Shown here: in pieces, positions 45,479-54,031 of the stretch
Layout: each line of letters starts with the position of its first letter
Numbering within the stretch: position 1 is the stretch's first letter
Virus record (IMG/VR): IMGVR_UViG_3300037520_000900
Span: 1 to 64,000 of that record
Length of the DNA stretch: 64,000 nucleotides
Source: a virus
Strand: one strand, 5' to 3'
Notes under the pieces: generated by a model
What the model was told of the DNA's origin: nothing
Seen by the model: only the letters and a program-made list of their open reading frames with translations
Database searches by the model: none
Translations under genes and position numbers: made by a program

Positions 45479-47407
45479 TTATTCAAAATAAAACTCATCA
45501 ACGTAACCTTCAGGTAAATATCCATTTGTCACAAGACAATCAGGACACCAAAAATCAAATAGATTAAATTTGTTTTTTAAAACCCTAAAGTTATGTTGTA
45601 CTTGAGGAGAACCTAATGGTTCAACATACATTCTAAATTGTGATATTGCACCCATAAAAGTTCCACCAAAATTTTGTTCTAATAAAATATTTGTTGACAG
45701 TCCTGAAAGTGTTGTTGCAGATAAAATATTATTTGGAAACAATTCAGGGTCTTGCATATAAGGTCCGTTAGGTAAAGAACACCCTGAAAATATTAAATGA
45801 TCGTGTAATCCTTGGGTTCCCCCACCAAACGATAAGTTAAAAGGTACTCCTACTTGTTTTTCTTTTTCTGTATTTAATTCTCTCGGTATGATCTCTTCAA
45901 AGTCTTCTATAACTAAAAACAAATAACCATTAACATATAATTTTAATGTTCCTAACCTATAATCTAATTCATCAAACCATTTTCTATCAAAACTAATTTT
46001 ATGTATTTTTCTTTCTGGCGTAGACCCTGGATGTGTTTCAGGAGGAGATATTAAATTTATTGATCTACCATCTATTGATGATTGTGTTGTAATAACTCTT
46101 AAATCATTTAACCCACCAAGATTTAATAAATCACAGTCCTCAATTGTTTTATACCTTTCAAATACTGCACTTATCATTACCCACCTTTCCTCTTCTGTAT
46201 CACCACACTCTAAATTACAAATATCATAAATTGGTGGTGTACAGTATTCATTAATTGTATAACCTGTTTGAAATGTCACTCCCGTTGTTTCACAATATCC
46301 GGTAGTAACACAATCACCCGTTATTTTAATGTATCTGACACATAAACTTGGATTTAAAGGACAACCACTAAATTTTAAAGACATTGCATTTGATAAAACA
46401 TCAAATTTTGGATCTGTTTCAGGTAACGGAACATTTACTGTACTAACACATCCACAATCACAAGAAGTATCATGTATTGTTGTAAAACCACCACTTGGGT
46501 AAACTTTTATACAATCTGAATTTGTAACTGCGGTATTTGAACACCCACACGTTTCTATACAAGTAAGTTCGTTTGTGTTTCTTGTGTAACCAGTATCACT
46601 TAAAGGTGAACCACTTGCGTTATGGTAGAATTTATTTTCAGCTCTTGTACCAAAATAAAAGAATGTACCAGCATTAGATGGGTATTTGTCATTTAGATAT
46701 TCTTGTGTTGAAGTATTAATAAAAAATTCATCAGTTATCCTTGGTTTTAAAACCATTTCGGCAGTCCACCCTTTATTTACCCTTTCAGGAAAAACTTCGT
46801 AATCATATCCTTTTAATTTATAAAACCCTTGATAAAACCCACCATAAAGTTCTTGATAATAACCAATAGTTGATGCACTTTTAGAAACAATATTATAAAC
46901 CGTTTCTTTTGGTCTTCCTGAAAATCTTACGTTTGGCGGATTAACCAAACTTCTAACTGGATGCATTTTAAATCTACCATCCCTATAGTGTGGATCAAAC
47001 TTGTAATCATTGTGAACACCCTTTATGTAATATAAAGTTTGTCCGCTAAGTTCAGTAAATAATCCATTATCTGTACCAACTAAACCTACGTCACAAATTC
47101 CTGTGTATGCTGTATAACAACTAAAATCTAAATTTTTTGGGTTATAATAGTTAGAAGAAACTAAAGTATTAGATGGTATGTAATTTCCAAATGTGATATT
47201 TGATTGTAATGTATTTCCTGAATTATCTAACTGTATTGATATTGGAAGTCTGTTTCCGTCATTTAACGCAATAACATCGTTAGAAAAAACAACTTCTTCA
47301 TCATAACTTCTTTCGTCAGATGCAAGTGTTAGATCAAAATACCGACCATAACTTAATTTAGTAGAATATTTTGGAAAATAATAAGAATTAATATTTTGAC
47401 TTGGCAT
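45479..47407 (-). CDS. Cys-rich virion protein, possible LamG/ConA-like fold
   Basis: WVMISAVF, LKLYVNG, FMGAISQFRMY.EPL...VQHNF resemble LamG motifs. Confidence 0.55.
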   Translation of the reverse strand: MPSQNINSYYFPKYSTKLSYGRYFDLTLASDERSYDEEVVFSNDVIALNDGNRLPISIQLDNSGNTLQSNITFGNYIPSNTLVSSNYYNPKNLDFSCYTAYTGICDVGLVGTDNGLFTELSGQTLYYIKGVHNDYKFDPHYRDGRFKMHPVRSLVNPPNVRFSGRPKETVYNIVSKSASTIGYYQELYGGFYQGFYKLKGYDYEVFPERVNKGWTAEMVLKPRITDEFFINTSTQEYLNDKYPSNAGTFFYFGTRAENKFYHNASGSPLSDTGYTRNTNELTCIETCGCSNTAVTNSDCIKVYPSGGFTTIHDTSCDCGCVSTVNVPLPETDPKFDVLSNAMSLKFSGCPLNPSLCVRYIKITGDCVTTGYCETTGVTFQTGYTINEYCTPPIYDICNLECGDTEEERWVMISAVFERYKTIEDCDLLNLGGLNDLRVITTQSSIDGRSINLISPPETHPGSTPERKIHKISFDRKWFDELDYRLGTLKLYVNGYLFLVIEDFEEIIPRELNTEKEKQVGVPFNLSFGGGTQGLHDHLIFSGCSLPNGPYMQDPELFPNNILSATTLSGLSTNILLEQNFGGTFMGAISQFRMYVEPLGSPQVQHNFRVLKNKFNLFDFWCPDCLVTNGYLPEGYVDEFYFE

Positions 47408-47417
47408 TCTTTTTTAT

Positions 47418-47445
47418 GATAAATAGTTTAATCGCGGTATTTATA
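47418..47445. promoter_or_regulatory. Divergent pair of late-promoter motifs (TATTTATC minus 47418-47425; TATTTATA plus 47438-47445)
   Basis: Each lies 10-14 nt upstream of the ATG on its own strand. Confidence 0.65.
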
Positions 47446-47458
47446 GGTAAAACCCTAT

Positions 47459-48226
47459 ATGAAAACATATAAATATTCAACTAAAGAAAGGGCGGAAAGA
47501 GTTGCAAAATCTTTAGGGTGTAGTGGATCACATTACCATAACGAAGATGGTGATAGAAAATACATGCCATGTAAAGATATGAAAACCTTTAAAGGAAAAA
47601 CAAAAAAAGAAACAAAAGGAAAAGAAGAAGAGGTGACAGAATTAATTGATTTTGACGGTACTTGGTTATCTGACGCAACACCAATAATGGATCCCGCTAG
47701 TTCGGGAATGAAAAATAATCCATCAATTTCTGATAAAATAGTACACCAAGCAAGAATGCCAAGAGACCCACTTTTAAGAGGTTGGTATGGGTATTACGGT
47801 GAAAGTGAAATCAAAGAAGAAAACATGGAAGATGCCTTTGGTTTTGAAGACACTATGTTTATGGACTATAAGGACACTGTTAAACACTATGAAAAAGAAT
47901 TAGGTTTAGATAAAGAAGACGCAATTGAAAGGGCGGTTCAACAAGGTAAAAAACCTAACTTACATAAAAAAACACCTAAAAAAATTAGTAATAAAAAAAA
48001 TTATATAGATAGATTAATATTGAAAGAAAAAGATATTGACGAAAGTGAAAACTTGGGTGAAGATATATTATTAGATAAAGGGGATGAAGTTTCTGGAGAA
48101 TTAAATGATGGATCACAAAATATTAACCCAATATTGTTGAGAAACATAAACTCATTGAAAAAAATGGCTAAAAGTCAGGGTATTTCAACCAAAGAATTAA
48201 TTAACCTTTTTAGAAATGAATTCTAA
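47459..48226 (+). CDS. Hypothetical protein with N-terminal DUF3721-like Cys/His motif
   Basis: YSTKERAERVAKSLGCSGSH...YMPC. Confidence 0.65.
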   Translation: MKTYKYSTKERAERVAKSLGCSGSHYHNEDGDRKYMPCKDMKTFKGKTKKETKGKEEEVTELIDFDGTWLSDATPIMDPASSGMKNNPSISDKIVHQARMPRDPLLRGWYGYYGESEIKEENMEDAFGFEDTMFMDYKDTVKHYEKELGLDKEDAIERAVQQGKKPNLHKKTPKKISNKKNYIDRLILKEKDIDESENLGEDILLDKGDEVSGELNDGSQNINPILLRNINSLKKMAKSQGISTKELINLFRNEF

Positions 48227-48665
48227 ACTTTATGGTAATATTATTATGATTCCTTCATCTCTTTTAAAACATTTAGAGGAGTGTTTTGGTTCAATACAAG
48301 GTGACACAAATACTGAAGGTTGGAAAAGAAATCAAGAGTTAAGACAATCAAAACAAGTGACCTACCAACAAGTTAAAAGAATAAAAAATTGGTTTGATGG
48401 GTATAACGGTAATAAAGAAGATGCACCATTTATATTGAATGGTGGGGATAGAATGAATACTTGGTGTGATGAAGTTTTAAGGGTAATGCGAGATGGTGTT
48501 AAATCATCTAAAGAAGTTAAATCTAACACCGGTATGCAAAACCAGTATTTATCTTCACATGAAAAAAATTCATTTAACTTAAACGATAAACACACAACAA
48601 CAACAGACTCTTTGAAAGAAGAGATAAATAGAATAAAAATTTTAATTAATGGCAACACAATCTGA
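48216..48665 (+). CDS. Hypothetical protein, possibly head-associated
   Basis: GWKRNQEL...VKRIKNWF...LNGG...W motif; overlapping operon. Confidence 0.6.
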   Translation: MNSKLYGNIIMIPSSLLKHLEECFGSIQGDTNTEGWKRNQELRQSKQVTYQQVKRIKNWFDGYNGNKEDAPFILNGGDRMNTWCDEVLRVMRDGVKSSKEVKSNTGMQNQYLSSHEKNSFNLNDKHTTTTDSLKEEINRIKILINGNTI

Positions 48666-48942
48666 CAAATTAGATTTTTCGCAACCAAATAACACGTTAT
48701 CTCAAATCGCAGATGAACAAAGAAGAAAGTTATTTGCTCGTAATGATTTTAAAGAAACGGATCAATATTCTACCGTTCATCCTGACGCAATTGCTAATGG
48801 GGATAAAATTGGTAGAGGTACCGGTGGCGATTTAGACGTTTATAATAATAATGCAGGAACATCTACAGATATTTTTGAAAGGAAGGACGACCTTAAAATA
48901 AATAAGTTTTCACCTAATAATCCTTACTATAACGTAAAATGA
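48649..48942 (+). CDS. Hypothetical protein
   Basis: 97 aa, translationally coupled on both sides. Confidence 0.65.
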   Translation: MATQSDKLDFSQPNNTLSQIADEQRRKLFARNDFKETDQYSTVHPDAIANGDKIGRGTGGDLDVYNNNAGTSTDIFERKDDLKINKFSPNNPYYNVK

Positions 48943-49340
48943 GATTATTAAATTCTCTTAGTGGATTGATAACTGAAATTGCTGCTCTTGATCAAGTGCA
49001 AGATAGTATACGTGATAAAAAAGTTATCGTAATTTATTATGATGGTAATGATAATGGAGGAAAGGGATATAGAACTATTGAGCCCGTATGTTTAGGTTAT
49101 AGTAAAAAAGGTAATTTAGTTTTAAGAGCATGGGAACAAGAGGGTAAATCTCACTCAAGAGACACTAAAGGAAACCCAATACCGGGTTGGAGGTTATTTA
49201 GATTAGATAAAATATTTACATATAAACCAACAATGGATAATTTTGTAGATATAAGACCAAATTATAACCCTAATGGTGATAGGTCTATGACAAGAGTCTT
49301 ATTAAACGCCATATTTGGCAATGAAGAAAATTTAGCATAA
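48939..49340 (+). CDS. Stand-alone WYL-domain protein
   Basis: IVIYYDG...RTIEPVCLG...LRAW...WRLFRLDKI. Confidence 0.8.
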   Translation: MRLLNSLSGLITEIAALDQVQDSIRDKKVIVIYYDGNDNGGKGYRTIEPVCLGYSKKGNLVLRAWEQEGKSHSRDTKGNPIPGWRLFRLDKIFTYKPTMDNFVDIRPNYNPNGDRSMTRVLLNAIFGNEENLA

Positions 49341-49342
49341 TT

Positions 49343-49963
49343 ATGAATAATGAAATGGATTTAATGCAAAGACTAGCGGTCTCTAAAAAAATTATGGAAA
49401 AACATAGTGAAATTAAAAGAGGAGACGCAAGACAAACAACACCTATGGTTGAGGAATACTCACCAGTAAACGCAAATTACAATTTACCTTCTGAACTTTT
49501 AACAGAATCAGAAGAAACAACACAAAGACATGACCCATCAGTTCCTTTAGATCAAAATAGAATATTAAATTCTAAATTACCTGATGAAATCAAAAGGTTA
49601 ATGATTGAACAACCAATAGTTCAACCAAGTTCTATGGGTGGAGGTGCGGTCTTATCTAATGATGTTATTGAGGGAGCGGCAAGATTGATGAAAAAAGATA
49701 AAATATCTGAAACACCCCAAACACAAATACCAAAACAAAAAATAACAGAAACACAATCATCATCTAACATTAATGTTAATGAAATTAAAAACATGATTAG
49801 AGATGTTGTAAGAGATACCGTAAGAGATGTTGTAAGAGAAGAATTAAAACAGGCTGGTATGGTTGTTGAATCAACAACAAAGACTAACGAATCTTTACAA
49901 TTTAAAGTTGGTAATACTTTATTTATTGGTAACGTAACAAAAGTCAAAAAGTTAGAAAAATAA
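49343..49963 (+). CDS. Hypothetical protein, possibly head-internal
   Basis: 206 aa; RDVVRDTVRDVVREEL helical repeat. Confidence 0.65.
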   Translation: MNNEMDLMQRLAVSKKIMEKHSEIKRGDARQTTPMVEEYSPVNANYNLPSELLTESEETTQRHDPSVPLDQNRILNSKLPDEIKRLMIEQPIVQPSSMGGGAVLSNDVIEGAARLMKKDKISETPQTQIPKQKITETQSSSNINVNEIKNMIRDVVRDTVRDVVREELKQAGMVVESTTKTNESLQFKVGNTLFIGNVTKVKKLEK

Positions 49964-49983
49964 AAGTTTATTATTAGTTATTG

Positions 49984-50010
49984 AATCCACCTTATTAGGG
50001 TGGATTTTTT
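49984..50010 (+). terminator. Intrinsic terminator
   Basis: AATCCACC/GGTGGATT stem followed by T-run. Confidence 0.8.
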
Positions 50011-50049
50011 GTTTTATAATTATTATATTTTACTTAAATAGATTTTTAT

Positions 50050-51261
50050 ATGAGTAAAATTAAAGTATTAGTACTACCATCAGATAGAACGGGAGTTGGG
50101 AAATTTCGTTCTGTAGACCCACACGTTATGTTACAAAATAATCACGGAGACGATTTTCATGTTGATATTGATTATGATCCTAAAATTAATGATGTAAATT
50201 ATTGGAAGCAATATGATATTGTTCATTTTCATAGAAGTATAGGTCAGGATTATAACATAGCCCCAACAATAATTCAAAACTTAAATAATTTAGGTATTGT
50301 AACCATTATGGATTTAGATGATTATTGGTTACCAACGAAAGAACACCCTGTACACCAGTTGGTATTGCAAAATAAATTACATGAGAAAATCTTGGCAAAT
50401 ATGAAGGTTGCAGGGCATGTTATTACCACAACCTCCATTTTTGCAACAGAAATATCAAAATACAATAAAAATGTATATGTGTTACCAAACGCGATTAACC
50501 CAAATGAACCTCAGTTTCAAGCAGAAACAAAAAGTTCAGAAAAACTTAGGTTTGGTTGGTTAGGGGGGTCTTCTCATTTACACGACCTTAAACTTTTAGA
50601 CGGAACACTAAGTACGTTAACACAATTCAAAGATAATTTTAGTATGTATCTTTGTGGATTTGATACAAGGGGAACTGTAACAGAAATCAATCAACAAACG
50701 GGAGAACAAAAACAACGACCAATTAACCCTGAAGAAACTGTATGGGCTCGCTATGAAGAAATATTTACTGACAAATATAAATTAGTTGATGATAAACACA
50801 AAGAGTTTTTAATGAAATTTAAAGAAGAAGATTACGTTTCAGATACAGAAACTTTCTATAATAGAATTTGGACAAAACCTGTTACAAGTTATGCGGCTAA
50901 TTACAGATGGTTTGATGTATCATTGGCACCAATTAAAAATCATATCTTTAATAGAGTTAAATCACAACTTAAAGTTATTGAGGCCGGATTCTATAAGAAG
51001 GCAATAATAGCATCAAACGTTGGTCCATATACTATAGACTTGAAACACTCATTACAAAATGGTAACTTTGTTGATGGAAACGCACTTTTAGTGGATGAGG
51101 TTAGAAATGGTGATTGGTCTAAGTACATGAAGAAATTAATTCAAAACCCTAATTGGGCGTACGATTTAGGTCAAAGATTATATGAAACAGTGAAAGACAC
51201 ATATGATTTAAATAAAGTAACAAAAGATAGAGCAGAATTATATAAAACACTTAAAAAATAA
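50050..51261 (+). CDS. GT-B (GT4-like) glycosyltransferase
   Basis: MDLDDYW, VLPNAI, FGWLGGSSHLHDL, SLAPI...FNRVKSQLKVIEAG, IASNVGPY. Confidence 0.85.
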   Translation: MSKIKVLVLPSDRTGVGKFRSVDPHVMLQNNHGDDFHVDIDYDPKINDVNYWKQYDIVHFHRSIGQDYNIAPTIIQNLNNLGIVTIMDLDDYWLPTKEHPVHQLVLQNKLHEKILANMKVAGHVITTTSIFATEISKYNKNVYVLPNAINPNEPQFQAETKSSEKLRFGWLGGSSHLHDLKLLDGTLSTLTQFKDNFSMYLCGFDTRGTVTEINQQTGEQKQRPINPEETVWARYEEIFTDKYKLVDDKHKEFLMKFKEEDYVSDTETFYNRIWTKPVTSYAANYRWFDVSLAPIKNHIFNRVKSQLKVIEAGFYKKAIIASNVGPYTIDLKHSLQNGNFVDGNALLVDEVRNGDWSKYMKKLIQNPNWAYDLGQRLYETVKDTYDLNKVTKDRAELYKTLKK

Positions 51262-51266
51262 AAATC

Positions 51267-51836
51267 ATGATAAACGAAACAGGTTATTGGAACAAAGAAG
51301 TGGCACCAAGTTGGCACGCACATAGTAAAGAATTAAATGACTGGTTAATTGATTATTTAAAAGATAACAAAGATGAAACGATTATAGATTTTGGTTGTGG
51401 TATGGCAACTTACTTAGAAAACTTTTACAAAAATGGTTTTAAAAAATTAATCGGTTTAGAAGGAGATCCCGTTAAAACTGATTTTGAATTTGAAGTCTTA
51501 ACTCAAAATTTAGCTCAAGAATTTAATTTAAATAAAAAAGGTATTGTTATTAGTTTAGAGGTTGGGGAGCACATTCCACAACAATATCAAGACACTTTTT
51601 TAAATAATTTAGATAGACATTGTAAAGACTTACTAATCGTATCATGGGCAATTAGAGGCCAAGGGGGTGTTGGTCATTTTAATGAATTAAATAATGATGA
51701 AATAATACCTGAAATAGAAAAAAGAGGATTTAAATTAATGGATGAAGATACTAAATCAATAAGAGAGTGTATTAAAACAGACTGTTTTTATTTCCAAAAT
51801 ACTTTAATGGTTTTTAAAAGACAAAAAAATGATTAA
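51267..51836 (+). CDS. Class I SAM-dependent methyltransferase
   Basis: IIDFGCG, SLEVGEHIP, GQGGVGH. Confidence 0.85.
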   Translation: MINETGYWNKEVAPSWHAHSKELNDWLIDYLKDNKDETIIDFGCGMATYLENFYKNGFKKLIGLEGDPVKTDFEFEVLTQNLAQEFNLNKKGIVISLEVGEHIPQQYQDTFLNNLDRHCKDLLIVSWAIRGQGGVGHFNELNNDEIIPEIEKRGFKLMDEDTKSIRECIKTDCFYFQNTLMVFKRQKND

Positions 51837-52557
51837 TATACCCATAACAAAAATATTATTCTTGGACATTGAAACCGTTGGTCTTTGTAAGGATTGGTCA
51901 ACATGTCAAGAAAGCAACCCAAAAGTTGCGGAACAATTTGTAAAATATTTTGATTGGTTTTTAAAAAGATTTCCTGAAGATAATTACGAAACAGACGGTC
52001 TTGAACAAGAACTTCAAAAGATGAATGATGTCTATTCTAAACGTTCTGCACTTGTTCCTGAGTTTGCAAAAATAGTTTGTGTGTCTATGGCCTTTGTTAT
52101 GGAAAATGGTGATGTTAAAAGACAAACATTTTCAGGTGACGATGAAAAAGAACTATTACTTCAAGTAAGGAATTTATTAGATAGGTGTCAAAAGTTAGAT
52201 TTTTATCTCTGTGGTCATAACCTTAAAAACTTCGATATACCTATGATGGCAAAACGTATGATAATTAATGGTATAATGCCATCAAAATTATTACCTTCAT
52301 ACGATACAAAACCTTGGGAAGTAAAAGCAATTGACACAAAAGAAATTTGGCAATATGGTGCATATTCATCAATAGGTTCATTAGATTTAGTTTGTGCAAC
52401 ATTAGATATACCAACACCAAAAGATGGTGAAATAAATGGTGGTATGGTACACGAAGCATATTGGAGTGGTGATCGATTATCTGAAATTGCGGATTACTGC
52501 GAAAAAGACGTGGAAGTATTAATACACTTTATAAAAAAATTAAAAGAATTAAAATGA
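51829..52557 (+). CDS. DEDD 3'-5' exonuclease (PolB-related, stand-alone)
   Basis: FLDIETV, GHNLKNFDIP, YCEKDV. Confidence 0.85.
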   Translation: MINIPITKILFLDIETVGLCKDWSTCQESNPKVAEQFVKYFDWFLKRFPEDNYETDGLEQELQKMNDVYSKRSALVPEFAKIVCVSMAFVMENGDVKRQTFSGDDEKELLLQVRNLLDRCQKLDFYLCGHNLKNFDIPMMAKRMIINGIMPSKLLPSYDTKPWEVKAIDTKEIWQYGAYSSIGSLDLVCATLDIPTPKDGEINGGMVHEAYWSGDRLSEIADYCEKDVEVLIHFIKKLKELK

Positions 52558-53153
52558 TGGAAGATTTAGAAGGATTAAGAAAACAATTGAGCACATTAAA
52601 AAACATTCAATCAGACGGGTATAATTTAAATACTGAAAGTACTTCATCGTTGTTTGAAAGTTTGGGAATTAATTTTGATGAGCTTAGTGATCAATTTGAT
52701 AGTCAGTTTGAACAAAAATTACAATTACAGTATACAAATGATTCGGAAAATAATGAACCCGAATACGCTTACGGGTCAGATTCCGGATTTGATTTAAGAT
52801 CAACCGAAGAATTGTGGGTTCAAGCAAATGGTAGACTGTTAGTACCAACAGGATTAAGGTTTGATATACCCGATGGTTATGAAATTCAAGTAAGAAGTAA
52901 AAGTGGTTTAGCTCTTAAACAAGGACTTATGGTTTTAAACTCACCAGGAACTGTTGATAGTGGGTATCAAGGAGAAGTTAAAGTTATAATTTTTAATACT
53001 ACTAATGAAAGAATTAAAATAGAAAAAGGCCAAAAAATTGCACAAGCGGTTCTTTGTCCTGTAGTAAATGGAAAATGGGTTAATTTGGTTAAGGTAGAAG
53101 AAATCGGTGAAAAAGACCGAAACGATAAAGGATTTGGTTCAACTGGATTGTAA
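52554..53153 (+). CDS. dut: Trimeric dUTPase with N-terminal extension
   Basis: SGFDL, VRSKSGLA, GTVDSGYQGE, KIAQ, RNDKGFGSTG. Confidence 0.95.
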   Translation: MMEDLEGLRKQLSTLKNIQSDGYNLNTESTSSLFESLGINFDELSDQFDSQFEQKLQLQYTNDSENNEPEYAYGSDSGFDLRSTEELWVQANGRLLVPTGLRFDIPDGYEIQVRSKSGLALKQGLMVLNSPGTVDSGYQGEVKVIIFNTTNERIKIEKGQKIAQAVLCPVVNGKWVNLVKVEEIGEKDRNDKGFGSTGL

Positions 53154-53154
53154 T

Positions 53155-54030
53155 ATGGAAAAAATAGATGTTTGTATCACGGTATTTGGTAAACCATACC
53201 AAACGATTGTAACATTAAAAAGTTTGTTAAAATATTCTGCATCTAAAATAGATAAAATTTATTTAATAGAAGAAAAAAATCAACCGATAGATTATGATTT
53301 TAATTTAATAAAAAATGAATTAGGTTATGAAAATTTTGAAAGATTTATCCCAAACTTTTATTTAGGTTTTGGGTTTTCAAATTTTGATGAAGCCAAAAAA
53401 AATGAAGAGTACAGAAAATCATTGAGGTACGAATACGGAATACAATCAACAGATAAAAAATACATTTTAATTATACATAATGACGTATTATTTAAAGGCG
53501 ACATTGTTACTGAAATGTTAAAAGAAAGTAATGGGTATTTTGGTATTGGGGATATTGGTCAATGTTGGAACTGCCCGTTTAATACCGAATCTTTATGTAA
53601 CGGATCCAGATTACAAGAAAATATTGACATGAATCATGATTATAATGAGGTTATTAAAATTGTCGAAAAACATAATACTACGAGAATTGCTAATCACGGT
53701 AAAAAATATATCGATAAAAATAACCCATTTCCTATGCCTGAGTGTAGAATAAATGAATGGTGCGCACTTGTGAATGTTGACATGTATAAAAAAGAAGTAA
53801 TCCCAAACGGGGAAGCTTCACCTATTGGTGGTATTTTTAATATTGATATTGGTGATAAATGGTTTTATGATATGGTAAAAAAGGGACATAAGTTTAAACA
53901 CTTTAACATATATGATTACTGCACCCATGGTTTTTTTTCAGAAGTAGGTAATGGACATACGTCTATGTTTAATAAAAAAATGTATGAAGATGATGAAATA
54001 AGGGCAAAAAATTTTTTAAAAACATTATAG
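53155..54030 (+). CDS. GT-A-like glycosyltransferase (start moved to ATG 53155)
   Basis: IDVCITVFGKP N-terminal strand, IIHNDV acidic motif, DIG; ATG directly after the dut stop. Confidence 0.55.
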   Translation: MEKIDVCITVFGKPYQTIVTLKSLLKYSASKIDKIYLIEEKNQPIDYDFNLIKNELGYENFERFIPNFYLGFGFSNFDEAKKNEEYRKSLRYEYGIQSTDKKYILIIHNDVLFKGDIVTEMLKESNGYFGIGDIGQCWNCPFNTESLCNGSRLQENIDMNHDYNEVIKIVEKHNTTRIANHGKKYIDKNNPFPMPECRINEWCALVNVDMYKKEVIPNGEASPIGGIFNIDIGDKWFYDMVKKGHKFKHFNIYDYCTHGFFSEVGNGHTSMFNKKMYEDDEIRAKNFLKTL

Positions 54031-54031
54031 A

